This document shows positions 1 to 9,650 of a DNA stretch of 64,000 nucleotides, one piece after another (the first letter of the stretch is position 1; the number at the start of each line of letters is the position of its first letter). Made by a program: the position numbers and the translations under genes. Below the pieces are notes generated by a model. It did not search any database. It worked only from the letters and a program-made list of their open reading frames with translations, and was not told where the DNA came from. Source of the DNA: Desulfobacterales bacterium (GTDB lineage Bacteria; Desulfobacterota; Desulfobacteria; Desulfobacterales; UBA2174). Where the stretch lies: assembly GCA_963668645.2 (NCBI GenBank), contig CAXXWC010000003.1, forward strand, positions 433,201 to 497,200. The letters are read 5' to 3'.

Positions 1-2
1 AC

Positions 3-875
3 GGATTCGAATCCGAATTCGTCGGAAGGCTCCCGGTTCGGGCAGTTTTTGAACGCCTTAAAGAAGCAGATCTCCTCGATATTCTAAAAAATCCAAATAA
101 TCCGGTCGTGCTCAGCAAACGCCTCGACTTTGCCGCCTATGGTATTGACGTGCGCTTTTCAAACGAGGCTCTGGACCGACTTGCTAAAAGGGCACTGGCG
201 GAAAATACCGGGGCCCGAGGGCTGGTCAGTGCGGTGGAGGCGGCCCTGATGCCCTTTGAATGCAGCCTGCCATCCATGGACCTCGACTTTCTGGCGGTGA
301 CCGAGGAGGCCGTCGATTTCCCCCATCGGGTTCTGACCCGGCTCCGCGATCCATCCCGCAAGGAGACCGAAAGGCAGTACCACCGGGCCCTACAGACCGC
401 CGAAGAGGCGTCGGTCCGGGCGCACCTGGCCGAGCACCGAAGCCGCTATGATCAAAAATACGGCCTGGCACTCAGTGACGGGCGCATCGGCCTGGTGGCC
501 GCTTGCAGCACCCGCGGGATTCTCGACATAGACAGCGCCATTGAAAGGGTCAAGAGCCTCAGTGAACAGGTCAAGCAGCTCGAACTCGATTTTTTAAAAC
601 GCCACGACATCAATATCGTGTTGGAACCGGAAGCCGAGGAGAGGATGGTCGAATTGCTGCTCAGCGGCACCCAGACCATCTCCGACCTCCGGCAGCGCCT
701 GTCGGCCGATTTCGAACTGGCCCTCAAACTGATCCGCGACAAGACCGGCCGCCAGAGGTTTTTCATCAGCCGCGCCGCGCTTGAGGCACCGCAGACCTAT
801 CTGGAAACTCTGATCCGTGATGCGATGAAAACGTCGCCCGAGGGGTCTGACCCGGACCCGCCGCAGCTTCCATAA
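3..875 (+). CDS. ClpX/HslU-like AAA+ ATPase, C-terminal part (5' truncated), with a C-terminal extension
   Basis: Frame is open from the window start: GFESEFVGRLPVRAVF (compare ClpX PEFIGRLP), then ENTGARGL sensor-2 motif, then about 190 extra residues. Confidence 0.7.
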   Translation, partial: GFESEFVGRLPVRAVFERLKEADLLDILKNPNNPVVLSKRLDFAAYGIDVRFSNEALDRLAKRALAENTGARGLVSAVEAALMPFECSLPSMDLDFLAVTEEAVDFPHRVLTRLRDPSRKETERQYHRALQTAEEASVRAHLAEHRSRYDQKYGLALSDGRIGLVAACSTRGILDIDSAIERVKSLSEQVKQLELDFLKRHDINIVLEPEAEERMVELLLSGTQTISDLRQRLSADFELALKLIRDKTGRQRFFISRAALEAPQTYLETLIRDAMKTSPEGSDPDPPQLP

Positions 876-906
876 CCCGCTTACATAACCAATCGAGGCT
901 TATCCG

Positions 907-2094
907 ATGATCGGCATTTCAAAACTCTACTGCGGCACCGTGGAACCGTCCGACGCATTGCGCTACGGTCGCCATTCGGCCCAGTTGCCCAGCCATCTGC
1001 TCCAGTTTTCAGCCGACAAACGGCCCGTGGTGGTCTGGAACGTGACCCGGCGCTGCAACCTCAGATGCGTGCACTGCTATGCACATGCCAGGGACGAGGC
1101 CTTCGCCGACGAATTGACTACCGCCGAGGGCCGCGCCCTGATCGACGATCTGGCCTCCTTCGGAGCTCCCGTGCTGCTCCTTTCCGGGGGCGAGCCCCTG
1201 GTCCGCCCCGATCTGGCCGAACTGGCCGGCTACGCCGTCAAAAAGGGGATGCGGGCGGTGATCTCGACCAACGGCACCCTCATCGGGCCGGACATGGCCC
1301 GCACCTTGAAGGAGATCGGCCTTTCATATGTCGGCATCAGTCTCGACGGCATGGAGGCGGTCAACGACCGTTTCCGCGGTGTATCCGGCGCATTTCAAAA
1401 AGCCCTGGAAGGGATCCGCAACTGCCGCCGTGCAGGGATCAAGGTCGGCCTGCGCTTTACGATCAACCGCTTTAACGTCGGCGAGATCCCGGCGGTCTTC
1501 GATCTGCTCGAGGCCGAGGATGTCCCCCGGGTCTGCTTCTATCACCTGGTCTACGCCGGCCGGGGGACCGACCTGGTCAAGGACGACCTGAGCCACGACC
1601 AGACCCGCCAGGCCGTGGACCTGATCATCGATCGCACCGCCGATTTGCATGCCCGGGGCCTGGCCAAGGAAGTGCTCACGGTGGACAACCACGCCGACGG
1701 CCCCTACCTCTATCTGCGCCTGTTGAAGGAAAATCCCGGGCGCGCGGCCGAGGTGCTGGCGCTGCTTAAAATGAACGAGGGCAACAACTCGGGCCGCGGC
1801 ATCGGATGTGTGAGTTGGGACGGGGAGGTGTACGCCGATCAGTTCTGGCGCCACCACAGCTTCGGCAATGTGCGCCAGCGCCCTTTTTCCAGGATCTGGT
1901 CCGAGCCGGACGATCCCCTGCTGGCCCAGCTCAAGGAGAAGAAAAAATGGGTCACGGGCCGCTGCGCCGCCTGCCGGTGGCTCGATGTATGCGCCGGAAA
2001 CTTCAGGGTGCGCGCCGAGGCGGTCACCGGAGATGTCTGGGCCCCGGATCCGGCCTGCTATCTGACCGACGACGAAATCGCCCCGGCGCCATAA
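907..2094 (+). CDS. ahbC: Radical SAM 12,18-didecarboxysiroheme deacetylase (Fe-coproporphyrin III synthase, NirJ1-type)
   Basis: N-terminus MIGISKLYCG..DALRY, CNLRCVHC radical-SAM motif, SGGEPL, Cys-rich SPASM C-terminus; hemB and ahbD lie nearby. Confidence 0.85.
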   Translation: MIGISKLYCGTVEPSDALRYGRHSAQLPSHLLQFSADKRPVVVWNVTRRCNLRCVHCYAHARDEAFADELTTAEGRALIDDLASFGAPVLLLSGGEPLVRPDLAELAGYAVKKGMRAVISTNGTLIGPDMARTLKEIGLSYVGISLDGMEAVNDRFRGVSGAFQKALEGIRNCRRAGIKVGLRFTINRFNVGEIPAVFDLLEAEDVPRVCFYHLVYAGRGTDLVKDDLSHDQTRQAVDLIIDRTADLHARGLAKEVLTVDNHADGPYLYLRLLKENPGRAAEVLALLKMNEGNNSGRGIGCVSWDGEVYADQFWRHHSFGNVRQRPFSRIWSEPDDPLLAQLKEKKKWVTGRCAACRWLDVCAGNFRVRAEAVTGDVWAPDPACYLTDDEIAPAP

Positions 2095-2102
2095 GATTTT
2101 CG

Positions 2103-2114
2103 TATCAATGGCCT
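2103..2114 (+). repeat. Left arm of a 12-bp perfect inverted repeat (TATCAATGGCCT)
   Basis: Exact reverse complement at 21896-21907. Confidence 0.8.
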
Positions 2115-3153
2115 AAGAGTGATCCTCGGCCGAGGGGTAGAGGATGATCTTGACCGATTCACGCCTGCGGGCGAGATCCAGGGCCGTGCCCATCTGGCTC
2201 AGCGGTAACCGGTGGGACAATAGCGGCTCCACCTGAACCCGGCCCTGGGCCACCAGTTCCAGCGACGCCTGAAAGTCGAGCCAAGTGTAGCAGATGCTGC
2301 CGGTGATGCGGATCTCGCGACGTACCACGTCGCCCAAATCCAGCGTCGAAGGACGATGGAAGATCCCCGCCAGGCTCAGCCGCCCCGCCTTGCGCAGGCA
2401 GGCCAGACAGGTGGCGGCCACTTCTGCGACCCCGGTGGCCTCGACCACCACATCCGCCATACGCCCCGCGGTCCACTGGCGCACCGCTTCCACCGGCGAT
2501 TGGGCCGAGGCGTCCACCGTCAGTTCCGCCCCCAGCCGATGGGCCAGCTCCAGGCGCCCACGGTCTCCGGCGGCACCCACCACCGCAACGCGCCGGGCGC
2601 CTTCGGCCAGGGCGATCTGCAGGGCGTAAAGGCCGATGGGCCCAGGGCCGAAGATCACCACCGTATCCTGGCTGCCGATGGCCGCCTTGCGCACCGGCCG
2701 GTAGGCCGAGGCGATGGGGTCGACGGCCGCCCCCTGCTCGAAGGAAAGCGCATCGGGCAGCCGGTGGAGGGTCTTTTGCGGGGCGACCACATATTCTGCG
2801 AAGGCCCCGTCGGTGTGGATTCCGATCTCGTAGATGCGATCGCAAAGCGACTCCATCCCCCGGCGGCAAAAATCGCAGCGCCCGCAGTGGACCACCAACC
2901 CAGGCGCCACCCGATCACCAACGGCAAAATCGGTGACCGCCTCGCCCGCTGCGGTCACCACACCGGCGAACTCGTGGCCCGGGATCAACGGGTAGGTCAC
3001 CGGACGCACCCCCTTGAAAATCGGCAGATCGGTACCGCACAGCCCGACAGCCTTGACCTGAATCAGGACCTCATCGTCTTTGGGGGCCGGCACCGGCACC
3101 GACTTGAAAACAAAATCGATTTCGGCACTCTCCTTGACCACGGCCTGCATCAT
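2113..3153 (-). CDS. Zn-dependent medium-chain alcohol/polyol dehydrogenase (threonine/sorbitol DH-like)
   Basis: CGTD and GHEFAG catalytic Zn motifs, CGRCDFC..C structural Zn site, GPGPIG NAD-binding loop; AGGAGG upstream of the chosen start. Confidence 0.85.
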   Translation of the reverse strand: MMQAVVKESAEIDFVFKSVPVPAPKDDEVLIQVKAVGLCGTDLPIFKGVRPVTYPLIPGHEFAGVVTAAGEAVTDFAVGDRVAPGLVVHCGRCDFCRRGMESLCDRIYEIGIHTDGAFAEYVVAPQKTLHRLPDALSFEQGAAVDPIASAYRPVRKAAIGSQDTVVIFGPGPIGLYALQIALAEGARRVAVVGAAGDRGRLELAHRLGAELTVDASAQSPVEAVRQWTAGRMADVVVEATGVAEVAATCLACLRKAGRLSLAGIFHRPSTLDLGDVVRREIRITGSICYTWLDFQASLELVAQGRVQVEPLLSHRLPLSQMGTALDLARRRESVKIILYPSAEDHS

Positions 3154-3268
3154 CACCCTCACCTCCTCTGGCAGGCATAGGTTTCCCGATTGACCTACGC
3201 CGGCCATGCATCGTCGTTCTTTTTTGATTGTTCCAACAACGTAGCTTCTCCCTGCCCGGATAGACAGG

Positions 3269-4072
3269 TCACTTCCTGGTGCGTGTGCCCACGGTCATGG
3301 TCTCGGGCAGGGTGCTGCCGCCGTCGATGACGATCTGGGTGCCGGTGATGTAGCTGGCCTCTTGCGAGGCGAGAAACGCGGCCAGTTCTCCGACCTCCTC
3401 CGGTCGTCCCAGCCGCCCCAAGGGGATACCGGCCGCAATCCCGTCAATGACCCGCTCGGGGTTCTCGGGGTCGGATTCGTGGGCGGTGTGCTCCACCATC
3501 GGGGTACGGATATAGCCCGGACAGATGGCGTTGACGTTGATGCCGTCGCAGGCCAGATCCCGGGCAAGCCCCTTGGTCAGACCGATCAGGGCCGCCTTGG
3601 TGGTGGCGTAGGCGCTCATCCCCGCATCGACCACCAGCGGACCGGTGACCGAAGAAAGGATGATGATCCGGCCGTGGCCCTGGGCCCGCATCGCCGGCAC
3701 CAGCGCCCGGGTACAGTTCCAGACGCCGAAAACATTCACCTGAAAATGCAAATCGCGCAGGGTGTCATCCATCTCGGCAAAAAGCGCCAGGCGCGCCACG
3801 CCGGCGTTGTTGACCAGGATATCGACATGCCCTTCGGCCGCCAGGGCGGCCTCGGCGGCTTGCCCGCACTGGGCCGGGTCGGTGACGTCCATCTGCCGCG
3901 CCGTGGCGGCCAGGCCCTCGGCCTGCATGGCAGCGGCCGTAGCAAAAACCAGTTCGTTGCGGTCCCACAGTTCCACCCGCGCCCCGTGGCGGGCCATGAC
4001 CCGGGCGATCCCTTCCCCGTTGCCCATGGCCCCGCCGGTAACGACGGCGACGCGTCCGTCCAGCTTTCCCAT
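3269..4072 (-). CDS. ucpA: Short-chain dehydrogenase/reductase, UcpA-like
   Basis: MGKLDGRVAVVTGGAMGNG, NNAG, YATTK catalytic motif, C-terminal DGGSTLPET typical of UcpA; AGGAG SD before ATG at 4072. Confidence 0.75.
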   Translation of the reverse strand: MGKLDGRVAVVTGGAMGNGEGIARVMARHGARVELWDRNELVFATAAAMQAEGLAATARQMDVTDPAQCGQAAEAALAAEGHVDILVNNAGVARLALFAEMDDTLRDLHFQVNVFGVWNCTRALVPAMRAQGHGRIIILSSVTGPLVVDAGMSAYATTKAALIGLTKGLARDLACDGINVNAICPGYIRTPMVEHTAHESDPENPERVIDGIAAGIPLGRLGRPEEVGELAAFLASQEASYITGTQIVIDGGSTLPETMTVGTRTRK

Positions 4073-4106
4073 ATCTCCTCCTGCGCCCTTGGCCGGCGCC
4101 TTGCGC

Positions 4107-4817
4107 TCACATGCCCAGATAGGCTTTCTTGACATCCGGATTGCCGAGCAGCTCGCGGCCGCTGCCCTCCAGAACCACCCGCCCGTTTTCCAGGACATAG
4201 GCCCGGTCGCAGAGATTGAGCGAATGGTTGACGTTCTGCTCGACAAGCAGCACCGGAATGTTCTGGCTCCGGATCCGAGGAATAATGTTGAAGACTTCCT
4301 TAACGAGCAGCGGCGCCAGACCGAGGGACGGCTCGTCGAACATCAGCAGCTTGGGCCGCGCCATCAAGCCGCGCGCGATGGCCAGCATCTGCTGCTCGCC
4401 GCCACTGAGGGTGCGCGCCAGTTGTCCGCGGCGCTCGGCCAGACGGGGAAAGAGCTCCAACACCTCTTCCAGGGTCTCGGCCAGCCGTGGCCGGGCACGG
4501 CGGTTGTAAGCGCCGACCATGAGGTTTTCTTCGACTGTGATGAAAGGAAACAGCCGGCGCCCTTCGGGAATCTGGACGATCCCGGCCTCGACGATCTCAT
4601 GGGGGGCAAGGCCGGTCAGCGGTCGGTCTTCGAAAAGGATCTGCCCGGCGCTGGGCGCCAACAACCCCGAGATGGTCCGGATCAGGGTCGTTTTACCGGC
4701 GCTGTTGGCCCCCACCAAGGCAACGATCTCACCGGCGTTCACCGTGAGGTTGACGCCGGCCAGGACCTGAACCTGGCCATAGAAAACATCGATATCACGA
4801 ATTGCAAACAGCGCCAT
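4107..4817 (-). CDS. livF: HAAT (branched-chain amino acid type) ABC transporter ATPase, LivF-like, set 1
   Basis: GANSAGKT Walker A, LSGGEQQMLAI, DEPSLGLAP, KAYLG end. Confidence 0.85.
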   Translation of the reverse strand: MALFAIRDIDVFYGQVQVLAGVNLTVNAGEIVALVGANSAGKTTLIRTISGLLAPSAGQILFEDRPLTGLAPHEIVEAGIVQIPEGRRLFPFITVEENLMVGAYNRRARPRLAETLEEVLELFPRLAERRGQLARTLSGGEQQMLAIARGLMARPKLLMFDEPSLGLAPLLVKEVFNIIPRIRSQNIPVLLVEQNVNHSLNLCDRAYVLENGRVVLEGSGRELLGNPDVKKAYLGM

Positions 4818-5532
4818 AATCTTCTCCCAGATAGGCTTCGATCACGCATTGCTCGGCACATACGGCCTGAGGGGATCCTTCGGCGATTTTCTCCCCGTGG
4901 TGCAATACCGCCACCCGGTCGGAGAGCGACATAACCACTTCCATCACATGCTCAATGATCAGAAGCGACATGTCCATCTCCCGGCGCAACCGCTCGACCA
5001 GATCGATGGCCTCGCGCGTTTCGGTCTCGTTGAGCCCGGCCATCACCTCGTCGAGCAGCAGCAGTCGCGGCCGGGTCGCCACGGCCCGGGCAATCTCCAG
5101 GCGTTTGCGGTCCGGCAGAGTCAAGCTCTTGGCCAAAGCGTCCTTTTTGGCCAGCAAACCGGTAAAGGCCAGGGTCTCCAGTGCCTGGGCCTCGGCCTCG
5201 GCCGGCGTCTTGACCCGCACGAAGGCCCCGACCATCGCGTTGTACAGCACGCTACGGTTCAAAAACGGACGCACCACCTGAAAGGTGCGCCCGATCCCGG
5301 CACAACAAATGTCCCAGGGCTTGAGCCGCTCGATGGAGCGGCCGTCAAAGGCTACCCGGCCGCTATCGCTGGGGATGGCACCGGTAATCAGGTTGAATAT
5401 GGTTGTCTTGCCGGCCCCGTTGGGTCCGATCAGCCCGACGATTTCACCGGGAGCGATCGTCAGGCTGAAAGCATCCACCGCCTTGAGGCCGCCGAAAGAC
5501 TTGGTCAGGTTTACGATCTCCAACAGGCTCAT
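4795..5532 (-). CDS. livG: HAAT ABC transporter ATPase, LivG-like, set 1
   Basis: [35 protein letters not shown]. Confidence 0.85.
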   Translation of the reverse strand: MSLLEIVNLTKSFGGLKAVDAFSLTIAPGEIVGLIGPNGAGKTTIFNLITGAIPSDSGRVAFDGRSIERLKPWDICCAGIGRTFQVVRPFLNRSVLYNAMVGAFVRVKTPAEAEAQALETLAFTGLLAKKDALAKSLTLPDRKRLEIARAVATRPRLLLLDEVMAGLNETETREAIDLVERLRREMDMSLLIIEHVMEVVMSLSDRVAVLHHGEKIAEGSPQAVCAEQCVIEAYLGEDYGAVCNS

Positions 5533-6581
5533 GGTTCGCCCTCGCGCTGAGGCTGCACGGCCACGCCCCGCAGCCGGTTGACCAGGGCGTAATAGCCCCG
5601 CTCGATGGTCTGCATCATCCCGGACGGTTTGAAAAGCATCGCCAGGATGATGATCGTTCCGTAGATAAAAAGGTGAATACCGATAAACTGGCTCCCGGAA
5701 AGGTAGATGCGCGAAATCTCGCCGATGGGAACGAGAATCAGGGCGCCGATCACCGGCCCCAATAGGGTGCCACGACCGCCGATGATGGCGATAAAGGCGA
5801 TTTCAAAGGAAAGGTTGAGTGAGATGATCCCCTGGGGAAAGATGTAAAGGACCAGTTGCGCGTAAAACGTTCCGGTCAGCGCGGTGAAAAAGGCGCTCAG
5901 GGCCAGAGCGACCAGCTTGTAGCGCGTCACGTTGATCCCCAGCGACTCGGCCGCCTCCTGGTCCTCGCCGCCGGCCACCAGGTAGTAGCCGATGCGCGAG
6001 CGGTGCAGGCGGTAGCTCGTATAGATAATCAACCCGAGCAGGGCCAGGATGGTGTAGTAATACCAGGCCTTGGTGCCGAACTGGTAAAACAGCGGCGCAT
6101 GCCCGCGCAGCGGCACGAGCAGCCCCTGGACCCCGTTGATCTTGAGGCCCCAGATCTGCTGGGTGTTCTCGGTGATGATGCGCACCGCCTCGACAAAGGC
6201 GATGGAACTCAACGCGTAGTAGGCCCCGTGCAACTTGAAGGTCGGGATACCGATGAGCAGGGCCACCACCACCGCCACCGCACCGCCGGCGAGCATCCCG
6301 ATCCAGGGAGAGATCCCTGCGTGGATGAATAAAAGGGTCGAGGTATAGGCCCCGATGCCGGCAAAAACAGAATGCCCCAGCGGCAGCACACCGGCAAACC
6401 CGCCCACCAGGTTCCAACTCGCCGTCAGGCAAGCGTACCAGAGCACGAGGATAAAGACCTGGATGAAAGTGGTGCTCTGGATCACCAGCGGGTTGAGCAG
6501 CAGCAGTACGATGAAAAGAGCCGGCAGGTAGACTTCCGGATCGGTCCAGCGCACCTTGCCTGAAGCGATCATGTCTGGCAT
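5529..6581 (-). CDS. livM: HAAT ABC transporter permease, LivM-like, set 1
   Basis: Hydrophobic; [30 protein letters not shown] motifs. Confidence 0.85.
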   Translation of the reverse strand: MPDMIASGKVRWTDPEVYLPALFIVLLLLNPLVIQSTTFIQVFILVLWYACLTASWNLVGGFAGVLPLGHSVFAGIGAYTSTLLFIHAGISPWIGMLAGGAVAVVVALLIGIPTFKLHGAYYALSSIAFVEAVRIITENTQQIWGLKINGVQGLLVPLRGHAPLFYQFGTKAWYYYTILALLGLIIYTSYRLHRSRIGYYLVAGGEDQEAAESLGINVTRYKLVALALSAFFTALTGTFYAQLVLYIFPQGIISLNLSFEIAFIAIIGGRGTLLGPVIGALILVPIGEISRIYLSGSQFIGIHLFIYGTIIILAMLFKPSGMMQTIERGYYALVNRLRGVAVQPQREGEP

Positions 6582-6609
6582 GGCGGTTACTCCTTATAGA
6601 TGAGTTCAG

Positions 6610-7494
6610 TCAGGAATCTTTTTCGAAGCCGAAGATCCCCTGCGGCCGTGAGAAGAGCACCAGCAGGAAGACCAGGTAAATCAGAGCCGCAGACCAGGAC
6701 ATGTTCAGGTACTGGCTGGCCACCGACTCGATAACCCCCACGATGATCCCTCCCAGCAAGGCCCCGGGCACACTGCCCAGCCCCCCGAGCACGACGATGA
6801 CAAAGGCCCGGATGTCGTAAATGTCGCCGGCAAACGGATGCACATAGAGCATCGGCACGATGATGGCCCCGGCCACCCCGAGGGTGGCGATGCCCACTCC
6901 AAAGGCGAGGCGGTATACCCGGTAAATGTCGATGCCCATCAGGCTGGCCGCCTCGCGGTCCTGGCCCACCACCCGAATGGCACGGCCCATGTGGGTGCGC
7001 TTGAGAAACAGCGACAACAGTGCCGTGGTGGCCACGCTGATGACAAAGGCGTAAAACAGGGGCCGGCTGATCATCATCTCACCGATCTCGAATACCTGAT
7101 CGCTGTAAGGCGTCTTGAGAGACCGGAAATTGGCTCCGAAGATCATCAAAAAAAGGTTATTGACCGCGATCCACAGACCGGCGGTAAGCAGCAGCACCCC
7201 CACCGGCTCGCGCACGTCCCGTTCAGCCTTGAACACCGACTGGACAAAGACCACCTGGGAAAGATAGCCGATGATAAAGGCTGCCGGCACGACCATCAGG
7301 ATCGACAGGTACGGATCGAGGCCGCAACCGACGCCCAGGCCGTAGACGATGTACATGCACACCATGAGAAAGGTGCCGTGGGCAAAATTGATTATCTTCA
7401 TCACCCCGAAGATCAGGGTCAGGCCCAAGGCCGTCAGCCCATAAAGGCTTCCGGTGAGCACCCCGTTGATGAGGATTTCGAGGAAAAATTGCAT
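6610..7494 (-). CDS. livH: HAAT ABC transporter permease, LivH-like, set 1
   Basis: GLTLIFGVMKIINFAHG, GRAIR, VVLGGLGS; start moved to MQFFLE (SD AAAGGA). Confidence 0.85.
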   Translation of the reverse strand: MQFFLEILINGVLTGSLYGLTALGLTLIFGVMKIINFAHGTFLMVCMYIVYGLGVGCGLDPYLSILMVVPAAFIIGYLSQVVFVQSVFKAERDVREPVGVLLLTAGLWIAVNNLFLMIFGANFRSLKTPYSDQVFEIGEMMISRPLFYAFVISVATTALLSLFLKRTHMGRAIRVVGQDREAASLMGIDIYRVYRLAFGVGIATLGVAGAIIVPMLYVHPFAGDIYDIRAFVIVVLGGLGSVPGALLGGIIVGVIESVASQYLNMSWSAALIYLVFLLVLFSRPQGIFGFEKDS

Positions 7495-7520
7495 CGGCTT
7501 GCGTCCTTTCGCCGTCCGGG

Positions 7521-7549
7521 CGGAGGGCCCCGCAGCCAGCGGCCCTCCG
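7521..7549. other. Stem-loop after substrate-binding gene 1 (possible mRNA stabiliser or attenuator)
   Basis: CGGAGGGCC...GGCCCTCCG 9-bp arms in the livK-livH spacer. Confidence 0.45.
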
Positions 7550-7593
7550 TGCCATCTCAATCGCCGTTGCCGGCTCCGACCACATCAATACGT

Positions 7594-8832
7594 CTATCGC
7601 TTGTTCCAGGGCGGCGTCGGCCACACGATGGCGGCGCCGGGCAGGGCCAGTTCGGAAGGATAGACGACCACACGTTTCTGGTTGAGGGTCTGGATCACGA
7701 CGCCGCGGGCGTGCATGTTCTGCCCCTTTTCGTCAAACTCGATACCGTAGGGGGTGATGATCCCCTTCTGGCCGGGAATCATCTTGATGTTGGCCAGCAC
7801 CCGGCGGATGTCCTTCGGATCGGTGGATGCGGCGATTTCCATCGCCTTGGCGAGAACGTAGGTCGACGTATAGCACTTGATGCAGTCGTCGCTCATGTCC
7901 TCACCGTAAGTCTTCTTGTACTTGGCGTTGGTTTCCCTGGCGATGGGCAGATCGATGTCCGGCGAGGTCTCGGCCAGGTCGAAGTAATAGTTAGACGCTT
8001 CACCCACGTTCTGGATAAAGACCGGATCGGCATGCCCGCCGGCGGTGCCCATGTAGACCATGGGGTTGATTTTCTGCTGGGCGATGCCCTTGGCCAGCAG
8101 GATGGCATCGGAGGTATACGAGGCGAAAAGCAGGGCGTCGGGTTTGGCCTGCTTGATCTTGCGCACCACCGGATCGAGGGTCGTGGAGTTGGACGGATAC
8201 GACTCGTCAAGAACCACTTCGAGGTTGAACTTCTTGGCGTACTTCTTCCACAACTCGGCCGAGGAGATGCCCCAATCCGAGTTTTCATAGATCAGGCCGA
8301 GAGTCTTGACCGGTTTTCCCGACAGGCGTCCCATCCGCTCCATGAAAGCGATCTGCTCGCGGCCGGAAAGATCGGTGGTCAGACAGACGCGGAAGGTGTA
8401 CTTGAAGCCGCGCTCGGTGATTTCCGGCTTGTAGCTGGACGGTACGATGTAAGGCACTTCGTACTTTTCGGCCACCTGGGTGCTCGGATAGGTCACGCTG
8501 CTCTGGTAGGCGCCCATGATCGACACGACCTTGTCCTTGGTGATCAGCCGCTCGGCCTGGGTCAGGCCGTTTTTGGGGTCACCGCCGCTGTCGGCCACCA
8601 CCAGTTCGATCTTGGCGCCGCCCAGCGAAGGAATCCCGCCGGCAGCGTTGATTTCCTCAACGGCCATCTTGTGCCCGTTGAGGGAGTTGACCCCGATGGG
8701 CGCCGCCGGGCCGCTGAGCGGCAGGAGGATGCCGACTTTGATGGTATCCTGGGCCACGGCGCTCGAGGAAAATCCGACGACCACCGCAATGGCGATCAAT
8801 AATGCAACAGCAGTCTGCTTCATGCTTTTCAT
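7594..8832 (-). CDS. HAAT ABC transporter periplasmic substrate-binding protein, LivK/LivJ-like, set 1
   Basis: Signal peptide (AVA-QD), IKVGILLPLSG, EEINAAGGI, ITERGFKYTFR. Confidence 0.85.
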   Translation of the reverse strand: MKSMKQTAVALLIAIAVVVGFSSSAVAQDTIKVGILLPLSGPAAPIGVNSLNGHKMAVEEINAAGGIPSLGGAKIELVVADSGGDPKNGLTQAERLITKDKVVSIMGAYQSSVTYPSTQVAEKYEVPYIVPSSYKPEITERGFKYTFRVCLTTDLSGREQIAFMERMGRLSGKPVKTLGLIYENSDWGISSAELWKKYAKKFNLEVVLDESYPSNSTTLDPVVRKIKQAKPDALLFASYTSDAILLAKGIAQQKINPMVYMGTAGGHADPVFIQNVGEASNYYFDLAETSPDIDLPIARETNAKYKKTYGEDMSDDCIKCYTSTYVLAKAMEIAASTDPKDIRRVLANIKMIPGQKGIITPYGIEFDEKGQNMHARGVVIQTLNQKRVVVYPSELALPGAAIVWPTPPWNKR

Positions 8833-8942
8833 TTCTCATACCTCGCTTGAGTCGCTTGTAAAGGTGAACGGATGTTTGGCTTCGACCACGCTTTAGAAAA
8901 TCACCCCCCTCCTCCTTTCCGTCTGATTTTACAGGCTAAGTC

Positions 8943-9650
8943 TCACAATCCGAGATAGGCCTTCTTGACCATGCTGTCTTCCATCAGCGAGGCGGCTGTT
9001 CCGCTCAGCACCACCTGTCCGTTTTCCAGGACATAGGCCCGGTCGGCCACCTTCAATGAGTGGTAGACATTCTGCTCCACGAGCAAGACGGCTATCCCTT
9101 CGTGCCGAATTTCCTTTACAACCTCGAAGACCTGCTTTACAAGCAGCGGCGCAAGACCCAACGAGGGCTCATCAAGCATCAGCAACCGCGGTCGGGCCAT
9201 GATTCCCCTGCCGATAGCCAGCATCTGTTGCTCTCCCCCACTCATGGTTCCGGCATGCTGTTTTTTCCGTTTTTCCAAGTGGGGGAAAAGCTCAAAAACC
9301 CGCTTGAGGGTCTTTTTTTTCTTTGCGCGTCCCTCAGCGGAAAAAGCCCCCAGCTCCAGGTTTTCCATCACACTCATGAAGGGGAAAAGCCTGCGAGCCT
9401 CCGGGATCTGAATCAGGCCCATCTCGACGATGCGGTGGCTCTTTTCGCCGGCGATCTCCTGATCCTTGAAGCGGATCGAACCGCACCGCGGTTTGAAAAT
9501 GCCGGAAATCGTATTGAGGGTGGTGCTCTTGCCCGCCCCGTTGGAGCCGATCACCGAAACGATCTCGCCGTTGTCGACCCCGAAGGAGACCCCGTAAAGG
9601 GCCTGCATATCACCGTAAAACGTGCTGACCCCATCAAGTTTCAGCAGCAT
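8943..9650 (-). CDS. livF: HAAT ABC transporter ATPase, LivF-like, set 2
   Basis: GSNGAGKST, MSGGEQQMLAI, DEPSLGLAP. Confidence 0.85.
   Translation of the reverse strand: MLLKLDGVSTFYGDMQALYGVSFGVDNGEIVSVIGSNGAGKSTTLNTISGIFKPRCGSIRFKDQEIAGEKSHRIVEMGLIQIPEARRLFPFMSVMENLELGAFSAEGRAKKKKTLKRVFELFPHLEKRKKQHAGTMSGGEQQMLAIGRGIMARPRLLMLDEPSLGLAPLLVKQVFEVVKEIRHEGIAVLLVEQNVYHSLKVADRAYVLENGQVVLSGTAASLMEDSMVKKAYLGL

Noticed and set aside
6838..8802. 654-aa plus-strand ORF, and similar long antisense ORFs (16352-17827, 24801-26291, 29174-30598, 38460-39785, 42010-43707)
   Set aside because: They lie opposite well-supported genes, lack motifs, and are expected shadow ORFs in high-GC DNA.
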